A stretch of 64,000 nt of DNA, from the NCBI GenBank assembly GCA_963817895.1, contig CAWFQB010000001.1:1344001-1408000 (forward strand), read 5' to 3'. Within the stretch, counting starts at the first letter, position 1. Each line of letters starts with the position of its first letter. This DNA is from an uncultured Chthonomonadaceae bacterium (GTDB lineage: Bacteria > Armatimonadota > Chthonomonadetes > Chthonomonadales > Chthonomonadaceae). Shown here one piece after another: positions 30,711-40,835 of the stretch. Both the position numbers and the translations under genes were made by a program. The notes under the pieces are model-generated. The model made no database searches and had not been told where the DNA came from. It saw nothing but the letters and a program-made list of their open reading frames with translations.

Positions 30711-32159
30711 ATGCCTGCAAACACGCTCCAGGATGAGCAGACAACGATAGAAACGCCGATTGAGGATACAGGAAGTCTGCCCGAACCCTTGCCGGAAGAG
30801 CCAACCGCCCTGCGACGGAGAGTGTTGGGACTTGCCTGGCCCGTGATTGGCGAGAACTTACTGGAAACTCTCCTCGGTATTGTGGATACCGCGCTGGTTG
30901 CCGGATTAGGAACTGCGGCCATTGCGGGCGTCGGCAGCGGCCTGCAAATCATGTTCTTTCTGCTGTCCGCCCTGTCCGCCCTGTCTATCGGCAGTTCTGT
31001 TCTTGTCGCGCAGGCGGTAGGCGCGAGCGAACAGGATCGCGCCAGCCGTATTGCCCGCCAATCTCTGATCTGGAGCGTACTGCTTTCCGTGCCGCTTGCC
31101 CTTGTTGGTTTCGGTCTGGCGCGTCCAATTATCGGCCTTTTTGGAATGACGCCGGATGTAACCCACATCGGCGTGGCCTATCTTCAGGTGACAATGGGTA
31201 CGGTCGTGGTGTTGGTCGCGCTCGTCATTGGCGGCGGCGCGCTGCGTGGCGCGGGCGATTCGCGGACGCCGATGATCGTCACCGCCATTGCCAACGTGTT
31301 GAATGTCGCGCTGGCTTACGGCCTGATTTACGGGCACTGGGGACTTCCCCGGCTTGGCGCGGTCGGCAGCGCATGGGCCACCTTTGTGGCGCGCGCGGTT
31401 GCCCTCCTGTTGCTGCTTCACGCGCTGTGGAAAGGTCGGAACGGCATCCGCATTGCCGGCGGTTGGGGATGGCTGCCGGATTGGAGCGTGGCGCGGGAAG
31501 TGCTGAAGCTCGGCATCCCCGCGTCCATTGAGCAGATATCAATGGCGTCGGCCTTCCTGGTTCTGACGGTTCGCATAGCCGGGTTGGGAACGGATACGCT
31601 TGCGGCCTTCCGCATCTCCATATCCGCGCTTTCCATGTCTTTTCTGCCCGGTTTTGGATTCAGCATGGCCGCTACAGCTCTGGTCGGGCAAAGCATCGGG
31701 GCGAAACGGCCTCGACAGGGCGCGAAAGTGACGCAAGTGGCGACAATCTGGTCGGTTATCTGGATGAGTACGATTGGCGTATTGATATTCCTCTTTGCCG
31801 ATCCGATCATGCGCCTGTTCACACACGCGCCGGATGTGGTCCGTATTGGCGCGGCGGGACTGCGGATTGTGGCGCTGACGCAGCCATTCTGGGCGGTGGG
31901 TATGGTGCAGTCGGGGGCATTGCGCGGCACGGGCGATACGCGCTATCCATTAATCATCGGCGCGGGGGGCATGTGGATAACAGTTCTATTCGTCTGGCTG
32001 GGGCTGACCTTTCTGGGCGGAGGACTGGTCACAATATGGGGCGCGTTCCTGCTGACCAGTCCGGTTACGGCGCTGCTAACGTGGCGTCGTTTCCATTACC
32101 GCATAGAGGAACTGACAGCAGAAGAGGACATATACAGTAGCGCCGATGCCCTGAAATGA
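30711..32159 (+). CDS. MATE family efflux transporter
   Basis: Multi-TM; LRGAGDSRTPM and LRGTGDTRYP repeats. Confidence 0.93.
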   Translation: MPANTLQDEQTTIETPIEDTGSLPEPLPEEPTALRRRVLGLAWPVIGENLLETLLGIVDTALVAGLGTAAIAGVGSGLQIMFFLLSALSALSIGSSVLVAQAVGASEQDRASRIARQSLIWSVLLSVPLALVGFGLARPIIGLFGMTPDVTHIGVAYLQVTMGTVVVLVALVIGGGALRGAGDSRTPMIVTAIANVLNVALAYGLIYGHWGLPRLGAVGSAWATFVARAVALLLLLHALWKGRNGIRIAGGWGWLPDWSVAREVLKLGIPASIEQISMASAFLVLTVRIAGLGTDTLAAFRISISALSMSFLPGFGFSMAATALVGQSIGAKRPRQGAKVTQVATIWSVIWMSTIGVLIFLFADPIMRLFTHAPDVVRIGAAGLRIVALTQPFWAVGMVQSGALRGTGDTRYPLIIGAGGMWITVLFVWLGLTFLGGGLVTIWGAFLLTSPVTALLTWRRFHYRIEELTAEEDIYSSADALK

Positions 32160-32168
32160 GACTGGAAA

Positions 32169-33938
32169 TCAGCGTTTGGTATAGACGGTCAGGGTTGGCA
32201 GGATATACAGCAGGTCGTCGGGGATAATGGTTCGGTTGGGCGGCAGGCCGAATACGGCAGTTGAGCCGAAGATTTGGGTTTGATAGGCGGCAGGAATAGC
32301 CTGTTTCCACGCGACGGCGTTGGGGTAGCGCAGGCGGTCGAGCGGGTGCAGGGTTTCGATGTTGGAAATGACAATGTAGTCCGGCGGGGGAGAGAAAACG
32401 TTCGTGTCCCACTCCTGTTCGGGGATGCGCAGTTGATAGCGCGTTATCTCCTGCGCGGCTAATCTGCGGCGGGGCGCGGCCAGTTCGCCAAAGCGGGGCG
32501 ACAGGGGCGGCGAGTAGTACCAGGGAACGGTGGCAAAGGCGACGGACGCCCCGTTTGGCGACTGCTCATTCAGATAGGCGGCGGCAAGGTCGCGCGGGTC
32601 GGGCTGCGCCATGCGTTGCGTCAGAGCGAACGTATACGCGCCCGTAAGAACGAGAGTGAGCGCTCCTGCCACTTGTAAGATACGCCGAACCGTTTGATTC
32701 GCAAGCGGTTCGCAAACCAATCGAGCCGCGAACAGGCACAAGACAGGAAACAGGGGCAGCATATAGCGGGCAAAGCGGACGGCGGAAAACCCGGTCGCGC
32801 CAAAATACAGCATCCAGAACGCCAGCAGAAGTATGTCGCCCCGGCTGCGCTGACGGCAGGCGTACACCAGTCCGGCAAGCGATAACAGCAACAGGGGAAT
32901 CCCCAAACCGTAGGGCAGCGACACCGCCAGATGATACCACCAACCCGGCCCCGTATTGACGAACAGCAGGCCGTGTCCCGTTCGCGAATGTTCAAACAGT
33001 TCGTACCGGACGCCCGTGCCGTAGTACGTGCCGTTCCAGAACGCGTCCCAGTTGATGAGCGGGCCGGGGCAACCAACAATAAACGCGAACCCGGCGGCTA
33101 TCAGCATCACGACAAAATGCGCTTTACGGTGCAGTTGGCAGGCGTTGGGGTTACGGGTCAAATAGTGGGCAACAAGCGGGGCGATCAGAACCAATCCCGT
33201 GTTGTATTTGGTGGCGGCGCACAGGCCGCAGGCCACTCCCGCCAGCGTATAGGCTCCCCACGCCTGCTTGACCGACATAGTCTCAACATCCAGCAGACGC
33301 GATGATGCCCATAATGCCAGCGTGACAAAGAACGTGGCAGGCACATCTACGGTCAGAAAGTGGGCGTGAACAACGGCCAGGGGCGCAACCGCGTATAGCA
33401 ACGCGCCCCCCAACCCTGTCTGGCGTCCGAACAACCGGGTTCCGAGCGCGAACAGAAGGGGAATTGTGGCCGCGCCGAGCAGCGCGGTCATGGCGCGTCC
33501 CGCCAGAAACAGGCCGGCTCGCTCCGGGGCCTGTCGCGCCATCATTTCCAGGGGTGGAAGGGGCGATTCGGCAGGCGGCGCGGACGTTGTGGGAACCAGT
33601 CCGTAGCCCCTGCCGAACGTTTGCGCGAAGTTTGCCAGATAAAAATAGAACGCGCCGTAGTTGTAGAATTGGGTATCAAGCTGCCCGTGTCCCAGATCAA
33701 CGTTTTGAGTGGCGGCAAAATTGACCAGTTCATCGGGGTGGTACGTGGCAAGGGGATGCTGCGCGTTGGGCAGACTCCAGCCCAACCCCCACAGCCGAAG
33801 TCCCAGACCAAGCAGCAGAATCAGCGTCACCCACCCGACTGTGGGCCAATCGGCTTTGCGCTTGACTTGCGGTTTGCTGTTGACGTCGCTGTTCGCGCTG
33901 CCGCCGGAAGTATCGTTTGGGTTTGCGTTGTGGTTCAC
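32169..33938 (-). CDS. ArnT/PMT-like (GT-C, family 39) glycosyltransferase
   Basis: HPDE motif, multiple TM helices, ATKYN, RYMLP. Confidence 0.85.
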   Translation of the reverse strand: MNHNANPNDTSGGSANSDVNSKPQVKRKADWPTVGWVTLILLLGLGLRLWGLGWSLPNAQHPLATYHPDELVNFAATQNVDLGHGQLDTQFYNYGAFYFYLANFAQTFGRGYGLVPTTSAPPAESPLPPLEMMARQAPERAGLFLAGRAMTALLGAATIPLLFALGTRLFGRQTGLGGALLYAVAPLAVVHAHFLTVDVPATFFVTLALWASSRLLDVETMSVKQAWGAYTLAGVACGLCAATKYNTGLVLIAPLVAHYLTRNPNACQLHRKAHFVVMLIAAGFAFIVGCPGPLINWDAFWNGTYYGTGVRYELFEHSRTGHGLLFVNTGPGWWYHLAVSLPYGLGIPLLLLSLAGLVYACRQRSRGDILLLAFWMLYFGATGFSAVRFARYMLPLFPVLCLFAARLVCEPLANQTVRRILQVAGALTLVLTGAYTFALTQRMAQPDPRDLAAAYLNEQSPNGASVAFATVPWYYSPPLSPRFGELAAPRRRLAAQEITRYQLRIPEQEWDTNVFSPPPDYIVISNIETLHPLDRLRYPNAVAWKQAIPAAYQTQIFGSTAVFGLPPNRTIIPDDLLYILPTLTVYTKR

Positions 33939-33943
33939 GGTTG

Positions 33944-34117
33944 TTATGGCGCAGCCTCGACCCGAACGTTGGGGGCATGGCGCGAACCGGGCGCGAACCA
34001 GGCCGCATACGCCACGCCGCCCATGAGAACAAGGACGAACAACACGCGCAAAACGTAAAGCCTCGCTGCCCGCCGCCGCTGCTGTTTAATCGGACTCGCC
34101 GCTGTTGAAGACGCCAA
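33944..34117 (-). CDS. Small single-TM protein (57 aa, TTG start)
   Basis: AAGGA RBS; RLYVLRVLFVLVLMGGVAYAAWF; ends 5 bp before the glycosyltransferase. Confidence 0.45.
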   Translation of the reverse strand: MASSTAASPIKQQRRRAARLYVLRVLFVLVLMGGVAYAAWFAPGSRHAPNVRVEAAP

Positions 34118-34162
34118 TGCCGTTCTATCCTTTATTGCCGAGCTGCATACAACTTCATGCTA

Positions 34163-34513
34163 TTACAGGGGCCGAAAACGCGCTTGATTTTGAATGTCGT
34201 CTATACTGCCATACTCTGCAAGCAACAGAATGTCGTCAATTACTTCACCAATTGCCTGATTGCTCCTGACTTCTATAACACCCGGCATGAGTAACCCTGC
34301 GGAAACACGTTCGTAGGCGTACTTTGTAATTGTCGCAACATCATGCGTCAACAGGATACGATTTGCTTGCGCAGCCCATTTCAGAACGCTTGGATCATCC
34401 GCGCCGGATAAGCCAACATCCTGTACGCGGGCAATATCAAGTTCAGGCTGTCGCCGCATCAGGCCGCGTACAATGTTACCGTCAAAGTTTTCGTCTGCGA
34501 GAAACGCCAGCAT
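34163..34513 (-). CDS. DUF5615 PIN-like toxin
   Basis: FLADENF, GADD..VL.WA, RILLTHD. Confidence 0.88.
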   Translation of the reverse strand: MLAFLADENFDGNIVRGLMRRQPELDIARVQDVGLSGADDPSVLKWAAQANRILLTHDVATITKYAYERVSAGLLMPGVIEVRSNQAIGEVIDDILLLAEYGSIDDIQNQARFRPL

Positions 34514-34854
34514 TATATCTGCCCATTCTGATTACGGCGGGCAAGCAGTCGTTCGCGTAATCCCGGCGTCAGATTGCCGACATTAGACTGGCGTACCTGC
34601 TCGGCCTGCTCCTGACGTCCGCGTAAATAACCCTCGACTTCAGAATGATGCCGCAAGTAGTAACTGATAACCGCGTGAACATCCGGCAGTGAAAGCGCAT
34701 CGTAACGCAGAACAATCTCTTCGGCGTTTGCGCCCTGCCGGTAAGCGTCAATTACTGTGTCAAGCGTGACCCGCGTTCCGCCGACTCGTACAACGCCATC
34801 TGCATCCGTGTGCAGCGGCGGCGCTTCAGCAACAAAAACTTCCAGTAACGCCAT
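34513..34854 (-). CDS. DUF433 antitoxin
   Basis: RVGGTRVTLD, AEEI, DVHAVISYY; 1-bp overlap with the toxin. Confidence 0.88.
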   Translation of the reverse strand: MALLEVFVAEAPPLHTDADGVVRVGGTRVTLDTVIDAYRQGANAEEIVLRYDALSLPDVHAVISYYLRHHSEVEGYLRGRQEQAEQVRQSNVGNLTPGLRERLLARRNQNGQI

Positions 34855-34910
34855 AATGCCTCCTGCCTTAATTTTTGCTTCTTTCAGGTTATTCTACCTC
34901 AGTAACAGCG

Positions 34911-36290
34911 TCAGGCGCGGAAGCAAACTACTTTGAGTTCCGTCATCTCTTCCATGGCGAAGCGGACGCCTTCACGTCCTAATCCGCTCTGCTTGCGCCC
35001 GCCGTAGGGCATCAGGTCGGAACGGAAGGTGGGAATGTCGTTAATCATAACCGCGCCTGCAATCAGTTCGCGAGCGGCGGTCAGGGCTTCGCGCAGGTCG
35101 TTGGTGTAAATGCCCGCGTTCAGGCCATACGGCGTGTCGTTGGCAAGCGCAATGGCGTCGTCGAGCGTGTCATACGGCATCAGAAAAATCAATGGCGCGA
35201 ACGCTTCCTCAACCGCAAGAGAGGCGTCACGCGGTATATCCGTAAGCACGGTGGGCGCATACTGGCTCGAACTCAACCGCGTTCCGCCCGAACGGATTTT
35301 CGCGCCCGCTTTTCGCGCCGCTTCAACCGCGCCGGCAACCCGGTCACACGCTTCCCCGTTGATAAGCGTACCCACATCCGTTGCTTCCTCTGAGGGATCG
35401 CCCACGCGCAAGGCCTGTACGCGCGGCAAAATCAACGCCGCCAGTTGTTCCCGAACCGCTTCCTGCACAATCACGCGCTGCACGGAAATGCACAACTGCC
35501 CCGCAACCGCGAACCCGCCCCGCACAATGGCCTCCGCCGCGTCTTCCAGATTCGCGCTCGGCGTGATGATAACAGGGCTGTTGCCGCCCAATTCCAACGC
35601 GACTTTTTTGTAACCGGCGCGACCCGGCAGGCGCATGCCCACTTCCCGACTGCCCGTAAACGACACAAACGCCACATCGGGATGCGTGACGAGGGCGTCC
35701 CCCGCTTCCTCGCCCAATCCGGTGACAACCGCTAGAGCGCCTTCGGGCAATCCCGCTTCCCGCAGAATGTCGGCCAGTTGCAGGGCAATTAGAGGCGTTT
35801 GTTCCGCCGGTTTGTGTACGACTGTATTACCCGCGCCCAATGCAGGGGCAATTTTATGCGCGGTAAGCGCGAGCGGCACATTCCAGGGGGTGATTGCGCC
35901 GACCACGCCTATTGGTTCGCGCGTCCAGTAGCCGGTTCGTCCCTCGCCGTTTGCAAACGCATCGAACGGCAGGGTTTCCCCGTGCAGTCGCCGCGTTTCT
36001 TCAGCCGCAAGCTGGAAAATGCCCGCCGCCCGTTCTACTTCCGCCCGCGTTTCCCGAATGGTCTTGCCCGACTCGGACGTTATCAACCGCGCCAGCGATT
36101 CCGTTCGTTCCCGCAGCAATCGCGCGGTTTCGCTCAAAATCGCCGCCCGCTGATGCAGGGGCATCGCGCGCATTTGCGGGGCAACGGACTGCGCCGTTTT
36201 CACCGCGCTTGCCACATCCTGCGCCGTTCCCCGCGCCACCCGCCCGACCTCCGCGCCCGTATACGGATTCACCACCGCCAGCGTATCCAT
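34911..36290 (-). CDS. Aldehyde dehydrogenase family protein
   Basis: ITPWN, FTGS, LELGGN, GQLCIS, EEAFAP. Confidence 0.95.
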   Translation of the reverse strand: MDTLAVVNPYTGAEVGRVARGTAQDVASAVKTAQSVAPQMRAMPLHQRAAILSETARLLRERTESLARLITSESGKTIRETRAEVERAAGIFQLAAEETRRLHGETLPFDAFANGEGRTGYWTREPIGVVGAITPWNVPLALTAHKIAPALGAGNTVVHKPAEQTPLIALQLADILREAGLPEGALAVVTGLGEEAGDALVTHPDVAFVSFTGSREVGMRLPGRAGYKKVALELGGNSPVIITPSANLEDAAEAIVRGGFAVAGQLCISVQRVIVQEAVREQLAALILPRVQALRVGDPSEEATDVGTLINGEACDRVAGAVEAARKAGAKIRSGGTRLSSSQYAPTVLTDIPRDASLAVEEAFAPLIFLMPYDTLDDAIALANDTPYGLNAGIYTNDLREALTAARELIAGAVMINDIPTFRSDLMPYGGRKQSGLGREGVRFAMEEMTELKVVCFRA

Positions 36291-36295
36291 ACTGC

Positions 36296-37630
36296 TTATC
36301 TGCCCTCTTCCATGACCGCTACCAATGTCGGCACGAGTTGTTTTTTGCGGGACACGATTTCGTGCAGGTCGAACTCGTTTTCGCCCTGCCGCGCGAACGG
36401 AAATGAGGCTAATATCCAGTTTTCGCCCTGACACAGCAGATGGCTCAAGCCCTCGACAACATCTGTGACCATCAGGCAGGCGAGGGCGAGTCCCTCGCGT
36501 TCGCGCTGACGCTCCAATGCGGCGAGTATCTCTTCGCGGCGTTGCGGCAATTCCTGAAAGCCCGTCACTTCGGCCTGCGCGATGCTGACCTGCTTGCCGC
36601 CCATCTCGTACTTTTTGCGGTCGGCGTCAATGATCTCTTCCACTTCGCGGGCGGTCAGGCCGGGGGCCGCTCGCAGCAACTCGTTGCCGTAGATTTCCAC
36701 ATTGGTCTGGCTCAGGTCGGCAAGCCAGGCGGCCATTTCAATGTCGCGGTCAGTGGTGGTAGGAGAACGGAACACAAGCGTATCCGACAGAATGCCTGAC
36801 AGCATCATACCGGCCAGTCCGAGGGGCGGCTGGAAACCGTGCTGCTGACAGTGTTCCCCGACGAGGGTACAGGTGCTGCCGACAGGCTCGACGACAAAGG
36901 GAATCGGTGAAGCCGTGGAAGCGTTGCCCAGCCGGTGGTGATCCAGCACGGCCACAATATCGGCTTCATCCGCGCCCGAAACCGCCTGCGCCAGTTCGTT
37001 GTGGTCTACCAGCACCAGTCGGGCGCGCGGGGGTTCCAGAATACGCCGCCGCGTGGCAATCCCTTGAAAACAGTTGTCGCCATCCACCACAATGAAATCG
37101 TCTTCATCACTGCGCAGGAGCGAGGCGCGGTGGTCGCTCAACCGATCCTGCGCGTGAAACGTGGAAACGCTTTCCGCCACATCCCGGCACGGCTGCTTGA
37201 AGGGGTTGGTGGAATTGGACAGCGACACGGACGCGGCGCGGGCAAGGGCAAGGGGCGTGACAATGCCGCAGCAAACGTTGTTCTCATCCACAACCGGCAC
37301 GACGCGCAGGCCTGACGCCAGATGCGTAATTGCTTCCGCAAGGGGCGCGTCCGGCTTAACGGTCGCCTGCGGACGCGCCACATGCCCGAAGGTGGGCGCA
37401 ACACCGGTCATTAAGCGCGGCGGGATTTGCCCGAAACGCTCGAGCGCAAAGCGAGTTTGCTCTACGGGCTGCCCGGCCCGGATTGCGCGAACTTTCTCCA
37501 CTCCTGTCTGCTGCAAAAACCACGCATAGCCCAGTGCCGAGCCGATGGCGTCCGTGTCCGGGCGTTGATGCCCAATTACATACGTGGTTTCCGGGTCCCA
37601 CGTCTCGTAACGATCTTTGACTGTCTCCAA
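36296..37630 (-). CDS. ppaC: CBS-containing Mn-dependent (family II) inorganic pyrophosphatase
   Basis: GHQRPDTD, VDHNE, LDHH, ILSDTL, VSRKKQLVP. Confidence 0.92.
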   Translation of the reverse strand: METVKDRYETWDPETTYVIGHQRPDTDAIGSALGYAWFLQQTGVEKVRAIRAGQPVEQTRFALERFGQIPPRLMTGVAPTFGHVARPQATVKPDAPLAEAITHLASGLRVVPVVDENNVCCGIVTPLALARAASVSLSNSTNPFKQPCRDVAESVSTFHAQDRLSDHRASLLRSDEDDFIVVDGDNCFQGIATRRRILEPPRARLVLVDHNELAQAVSGADEADIVAVLDHHRLGNASTASPIPFVVEPVGSTCTLVGEHCQQHGFQPPLGLAGMMLSGILSDTLVFRSPTTTDRDIEMAAWLADLSQTNVEIYGNELLRAAPGLTAREVEEIIDADRKKYEMGGKQVSIAQAEVTGFQELPQRREEILAALERQREREGLALACLMVTDVVEGLSHLLCQGENWILASFPFARQGENEFDLHEIVSRKKQLVPTLVAVMEEGR

Positions 37631-37758
37631 TTCGTCCTCATCTCACCATTACTGCCTGTTGACTGTTTGTTCGCGATACAAAATACTGCTTTCATTATGG
37701 CATGGAACCGCCATTCGGCACACAAAACAGTGACCGGATATGGCATGTTATCCCACGA

Positions 37759-37813
37759 ATAGCCCTCAACCCCCGTCGGGTCTCCCAAAAAGCCTGGGAG
37801 AAGGGGAGTCACT
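37759..37813 (+). repeat. REP-like palindromic element, copy 1
   Basis: ATAGCCCTCAACCCCC...TCTCCCA..TGGGAGAAGGGGAGTC. Confidence 0.75.
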
Positions 37814-37865
37814 CATATTCATGCTCTGTGGCGCACGAAGCGTATGGTAACTGTGGTGAAACGCA

Positions 37866-39257
37866 TCAAACAGCCTCATGGATGCGGGCCAGCAGGCGGG
37901 CAAGATGGCGCGTTCCCCGCGTGAAGTCGTCCAGGCGAATGTTCTCATTGGGGGCATGGGCGCGCAGTCCGGGGTATTCGATACCGGGACTGGTGACGGG
38001 CAGGCCGAGGAACCCGGAAAACCACCACATCGGCCCGGACCCGCCAAGCAGGGGCGCGATGGAAGCGGGCTGGCCGTATATCTCCCGCGCGGTTTCTGCC
38101 GACAGACGCACAAGCGGATGATCCGCGTCTACGCGGGCCGGACGCTGACCGCCGAGATAGCGAATCTCAACATCGGCAAAACCGTGCGCGTCCAGATGGC
38201 TGCGCAGGCTGCGGTGTACGTCTTCGGGGTCCTGGTCGGGAACCAGACGAAAATCCATTTTGGCGCGGGCTTCGGAAGGAAGCACGGTTTTCGCGCCCAT
38301 GCCCTGCCAGCCGCTATCCAAACCGCACAGGGTCAGGGTCGGCTCGAAAACGGCGCGACGCTTGAATTCCAGGCCGGTTGTCTGCGCCCCGCCGAGTATC
38401 GTGTGTTCGGTCAGACCGAACTGTTCGCGGAACGTGGATTCGTTGGGAGGAAGGGCGTCCAGCAGTTGCAAATCGCGCAGGGTGGGCAGGCGGGCTTTGT
38501 CGTAATGGCCGGGGAGGAGAATACGTTCGTTAGCGTCCTTGAGCGTGGACAACGCCCACACCAGCCGCCAGGCTGCATTGGGAAGCAGCGAACCGCCGTT
38601 GCCGGAGTGGGCGTCGTAAGCGATGGTTTTGACATGCAGTTCAAAATACGCGATGCCGCGCATACCGCAATACAGGGCAGGGGTTCCGTTTTCGTCCTCG
38701 CCGCCCTCCTCCCAGATGCAGGCGTCGGCGGAAAGCAGGTCTCGATTGGCCTGTACCCACGCGCCGATGTGCGGACTGCCGACTTCTTCTTCGCCCTCCG
38801 CCACAAACTTGACATGAAAGGGCAATGTGCCGCCATGCGCCTGCCGTACCGCGTCCAGCGCCAGCAGACGGGAAACAATATGCCCCTTGTCGTCGCCCAC
38901 GCCCCGCGCAATGGCCTTGCCGTCACGAAAAGTCAGTTCAAACGGCGGGCTGTCCCACAGGTCGAGCGGCTCGGCGGGCTGCACGTCATAATGGTTGTAG
39001 AACAATACGGTAGGCGCGTCTGCGCGATTGCCCTGCGCGGTTCCAAAGGCGATGGGCGGGCCACCCTCAACCGGCATGATTTGCGCGTCCAAACCATGCG
39101 CCCGCATCAGGTCGGCCACCAGTTCCGCGCAGGGTTCCAGATGCTCGCCTTTTGCGGACACGCTCGGAATCGCGCATAGCCGCGCTAACTCCGCCAGCGC
39201 GTTCGCCTGCCCCGACAAAACGGCGGCATCCATTTCGGCGTTGATTGTATCGAGCAT
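37866..39257 (-). CDS. M20/M25/M40 family metallopeptidase
   Basis: YNHYDVQP, RGVGDDKG, EGEEEVGS, HAPNE. Confidence 0.93.
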   Translation of the reverse strand: MLDTINAEMDAAVLSGQANALAELARLCAIPSVSAKGEHLEPCAELVADLMRAHGLDAQIMPVEGGPPIAFGTAQGNRADAPTVLFYNHYDVQPAEPLDLWDSPPFELTFRDGKAIARGVGDDKGHIVSRLLALDAVRQAHGGTLPFHVKFVAEGEEEVGSPHIGAWVQANRDLLSADACIWEEGGEDENGTPALYCGMRGIAYFELHVKTIAYDAHSGNGGSLLPNAAWRLVWALSTLKDANERILLPGHYDKARLPTLRDLQLLDALPPNESTFREQFGLTEHTILGGAQTTGLEFKRRAVFEPTLTLCGLDSGWQGMGAKTVLPSEARAKMDFRLVPDQDPEDVHRSLRSHLDAHGFADVEIRYLGGQRPARVDADHPLVRLSAETAREIYGQPASIAPLLGGSGPMWWFSGFLGLPVTSPGIEYPGLRAHAPNENIRLDDFTRGTRHLARLLARIHEAV

Positions 39258-39324
39258 GGTTTGTATCCGGCTCCCCTTGTATGCTTAACCCCGTGAATAA
39301 TGTTCGCCTGATAGCATTGAAACA

Positions 39325-39381
39325 AGCGACTCCCCTTCTCCCAAGCTTTTTTGGGAGAAGGGGTTGGGGGTTGAGGGCTAT
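39325..39381 (-). repeat. REP-like palindromic element, copy 2 (inverted)
   Basis: Reverse complement matches copy 1 over most of its length. Confidence 0.75.
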
Positions 39382-39399
39382 GTTTGCTTGCGCTTCTTG

Positions 39400-39810
39400 T
39401 TACGGGCGCAGGCTGCTATAAGGTAACGGGCTGCCCGAATGTTCAAATAACCGGACATTGTTGGAATCGCAAAGCACTATCAGGCCGACAATGCCCAGAA
39501 TGGTTCCCACCGGCGCAACGGTTATTTCCAGCACGGAAAGGACAATTCCGCCCGCCCGCGCCCAGGGTTGAAGGGTAATCAGTCCCCATCCGACAAGGAA
39601 ACCCGGAATTGCCAGAACCGCGGAAATTCCGAAAACGATCATTCCGAAGATCAGCATCACGGGCAGGGCGGCATGGGCTTCCTGCCCGCCTGTTACGGTC
39701 GCCAGCCCGCCAAACATTCCCATCACTATGAGGGCGACAATTCCGACGAACAGATGCAGCCCGCTCACGATGATATGCGCCCAACCCAACGTCGTCACAT
39801 TGTTTCGCAT
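39400..39810 (-). CDS. Hypothetical membrane protein
   Basis: 136 aa with 3-4 hydrophobic helices. Confidence 0.75.
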   Translation of the reverse strand: MRNNVTTLGWAHIIVSGLHLFVGIVALIVMGMFGGLATVTGGQEAHAALPVMLIFGMIVFGISAVLAIPGFLVGWGLITLQPWARAGGIVLSVLEITVAPVGTILGIVGLIVLCDSNNVRLFEHSGSPLPYSSLRP

Positions 39811-40025
39811 TGCAATCTCCCCCGCGTCTTTTTCCTACGCGCCAAAAACACAGCCAATTTCTGATTATATCGCACATATCATCAGGGACGGACGAAAGCG
39901 GGGGCCGGCTACCAGTCGGAAATACGAAATTGGGACACAGCATTCGGGAAAAAGCAAAAGAGGGATGGAGGATGGGGTTAAGAGAAATTCATCCCTTATC
40001 CCTCATCCCACATCCCTCCGCGCGA

Positions 40026-40097
40026 AGGAGCCGACCAGAATCGAACTGGTGATGACGGTTTTGCAGACCGCTCCCTTAGCCACTTGGGCACGGCTCC
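40026..40097 (-). tRNA. tRNA-Cys(GCA)
   Basis: GGAGCCG acceptor, GCGGT-CTGCAAA-ACCGT anticodon arm, AGTTCGATTCT T-arm. Confidence 0.96.
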
Positions 40098-40173
40098 ATA
40101 ATCGGGGCGCGACAAACGCCGACAGGCACAGATTTCAAACAGCGCAAGAAGAACATAATCAATTCAGACAAAC

Positions 40174-40201
40174 CAATGCCGGACACGAGAGTCCGGCATT
40201 G
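40174..40201. terminator. Hairpin between tRNA-Gly and tRNA-Cys
   Basis: CAATGCCGGAC-acgaga-GTCCGGCATTG. Confidence 0.45.
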
Positions 40202-40237
40202 CTACGCCCTCTCAAACCGTTCCAGCAACCCTGCGCA

Positions 40238-40309
<72 letters not shown>

Positions 40310-40321
40310 AGATAAAACATA

Positions 40322-40726
40322 TCAAATCTCGAAATCTACTGCCCAACGTATATTCTTCACCTGATTGTTAGCAGGTGGATCAACACGCAGAATACCCAAC
40401 GCTTGACTAACGGCTTCCCGTGGAACTAAATAGGTCTTCTGGTTGGCGGGACAATATACTCCATAAAAATCTACTTTGTCGCCGTAGCATTTACGAGTAT
40501 GTTTAGCCGTCCCTTGCTGCGCCATCGTGTACAGGTTGAACTGTACAGTACCCTGCTTCAACCGACCAGTTTTACACTGGATACGAAAAAAACAACCATT
40601 CTCTTCCATCACAAGATCGTAATCTTGCTGATTCCCAAAAGGGATGAGAACTGTTTTTCCGGCTTTCAGCAATGCGGCGAGAATAACACCTTCTGTAGTG
40701 GTTCCAATCTGTGTAGTATTTGCCAT
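40322..40726 (-). CDS. PD-(D/E)XK endonuclease of the group I intron-associated (I-Ssp6803I-like) family
   Basis: G...E, IPFG...YDLV, RIQCKTG, VDFYGVYCP, YLVP. Confidence 0.85.
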   Translation of the reverse strand: MANTTQIGTTTEGVILAALLKAGKTVLIPFGNQQDYDLVMEENGCFFRIQCKTGRLKQGTVQFNLYTMAQQGTAKHTRKCYGDKVDFYGVYCPANQKTYLVPREAVSQALGILRVDPPANNQVKNIRWAVDFEI

Positions 40727-40775
40727 TTGGAACCTCAGCTAAACACTTACGGAAAAACCACCTAACTTCACACAC

Positions 40776-40804
40776 ATTATAAGCCTGTATGAGGCATTTG
40801 TCAA
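40776..40804 (-). promoter_or_regulatory. Consensus sigma70 promoter
   Basis: TTGACA-17 nt-TATAAT on the minus strand. Confidence 0.85.
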
Positions 40805-40835
40805 GGGCGCAATTGTAATGGGTAAAAAAACAATG

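Noticed and set aside
37878..39179. Long antisense ORFs (also 448-1122, 7439-8272, 49797-50951)
   Set aside because: Shadows of real genes on the opposite strand in GC-rich DNA
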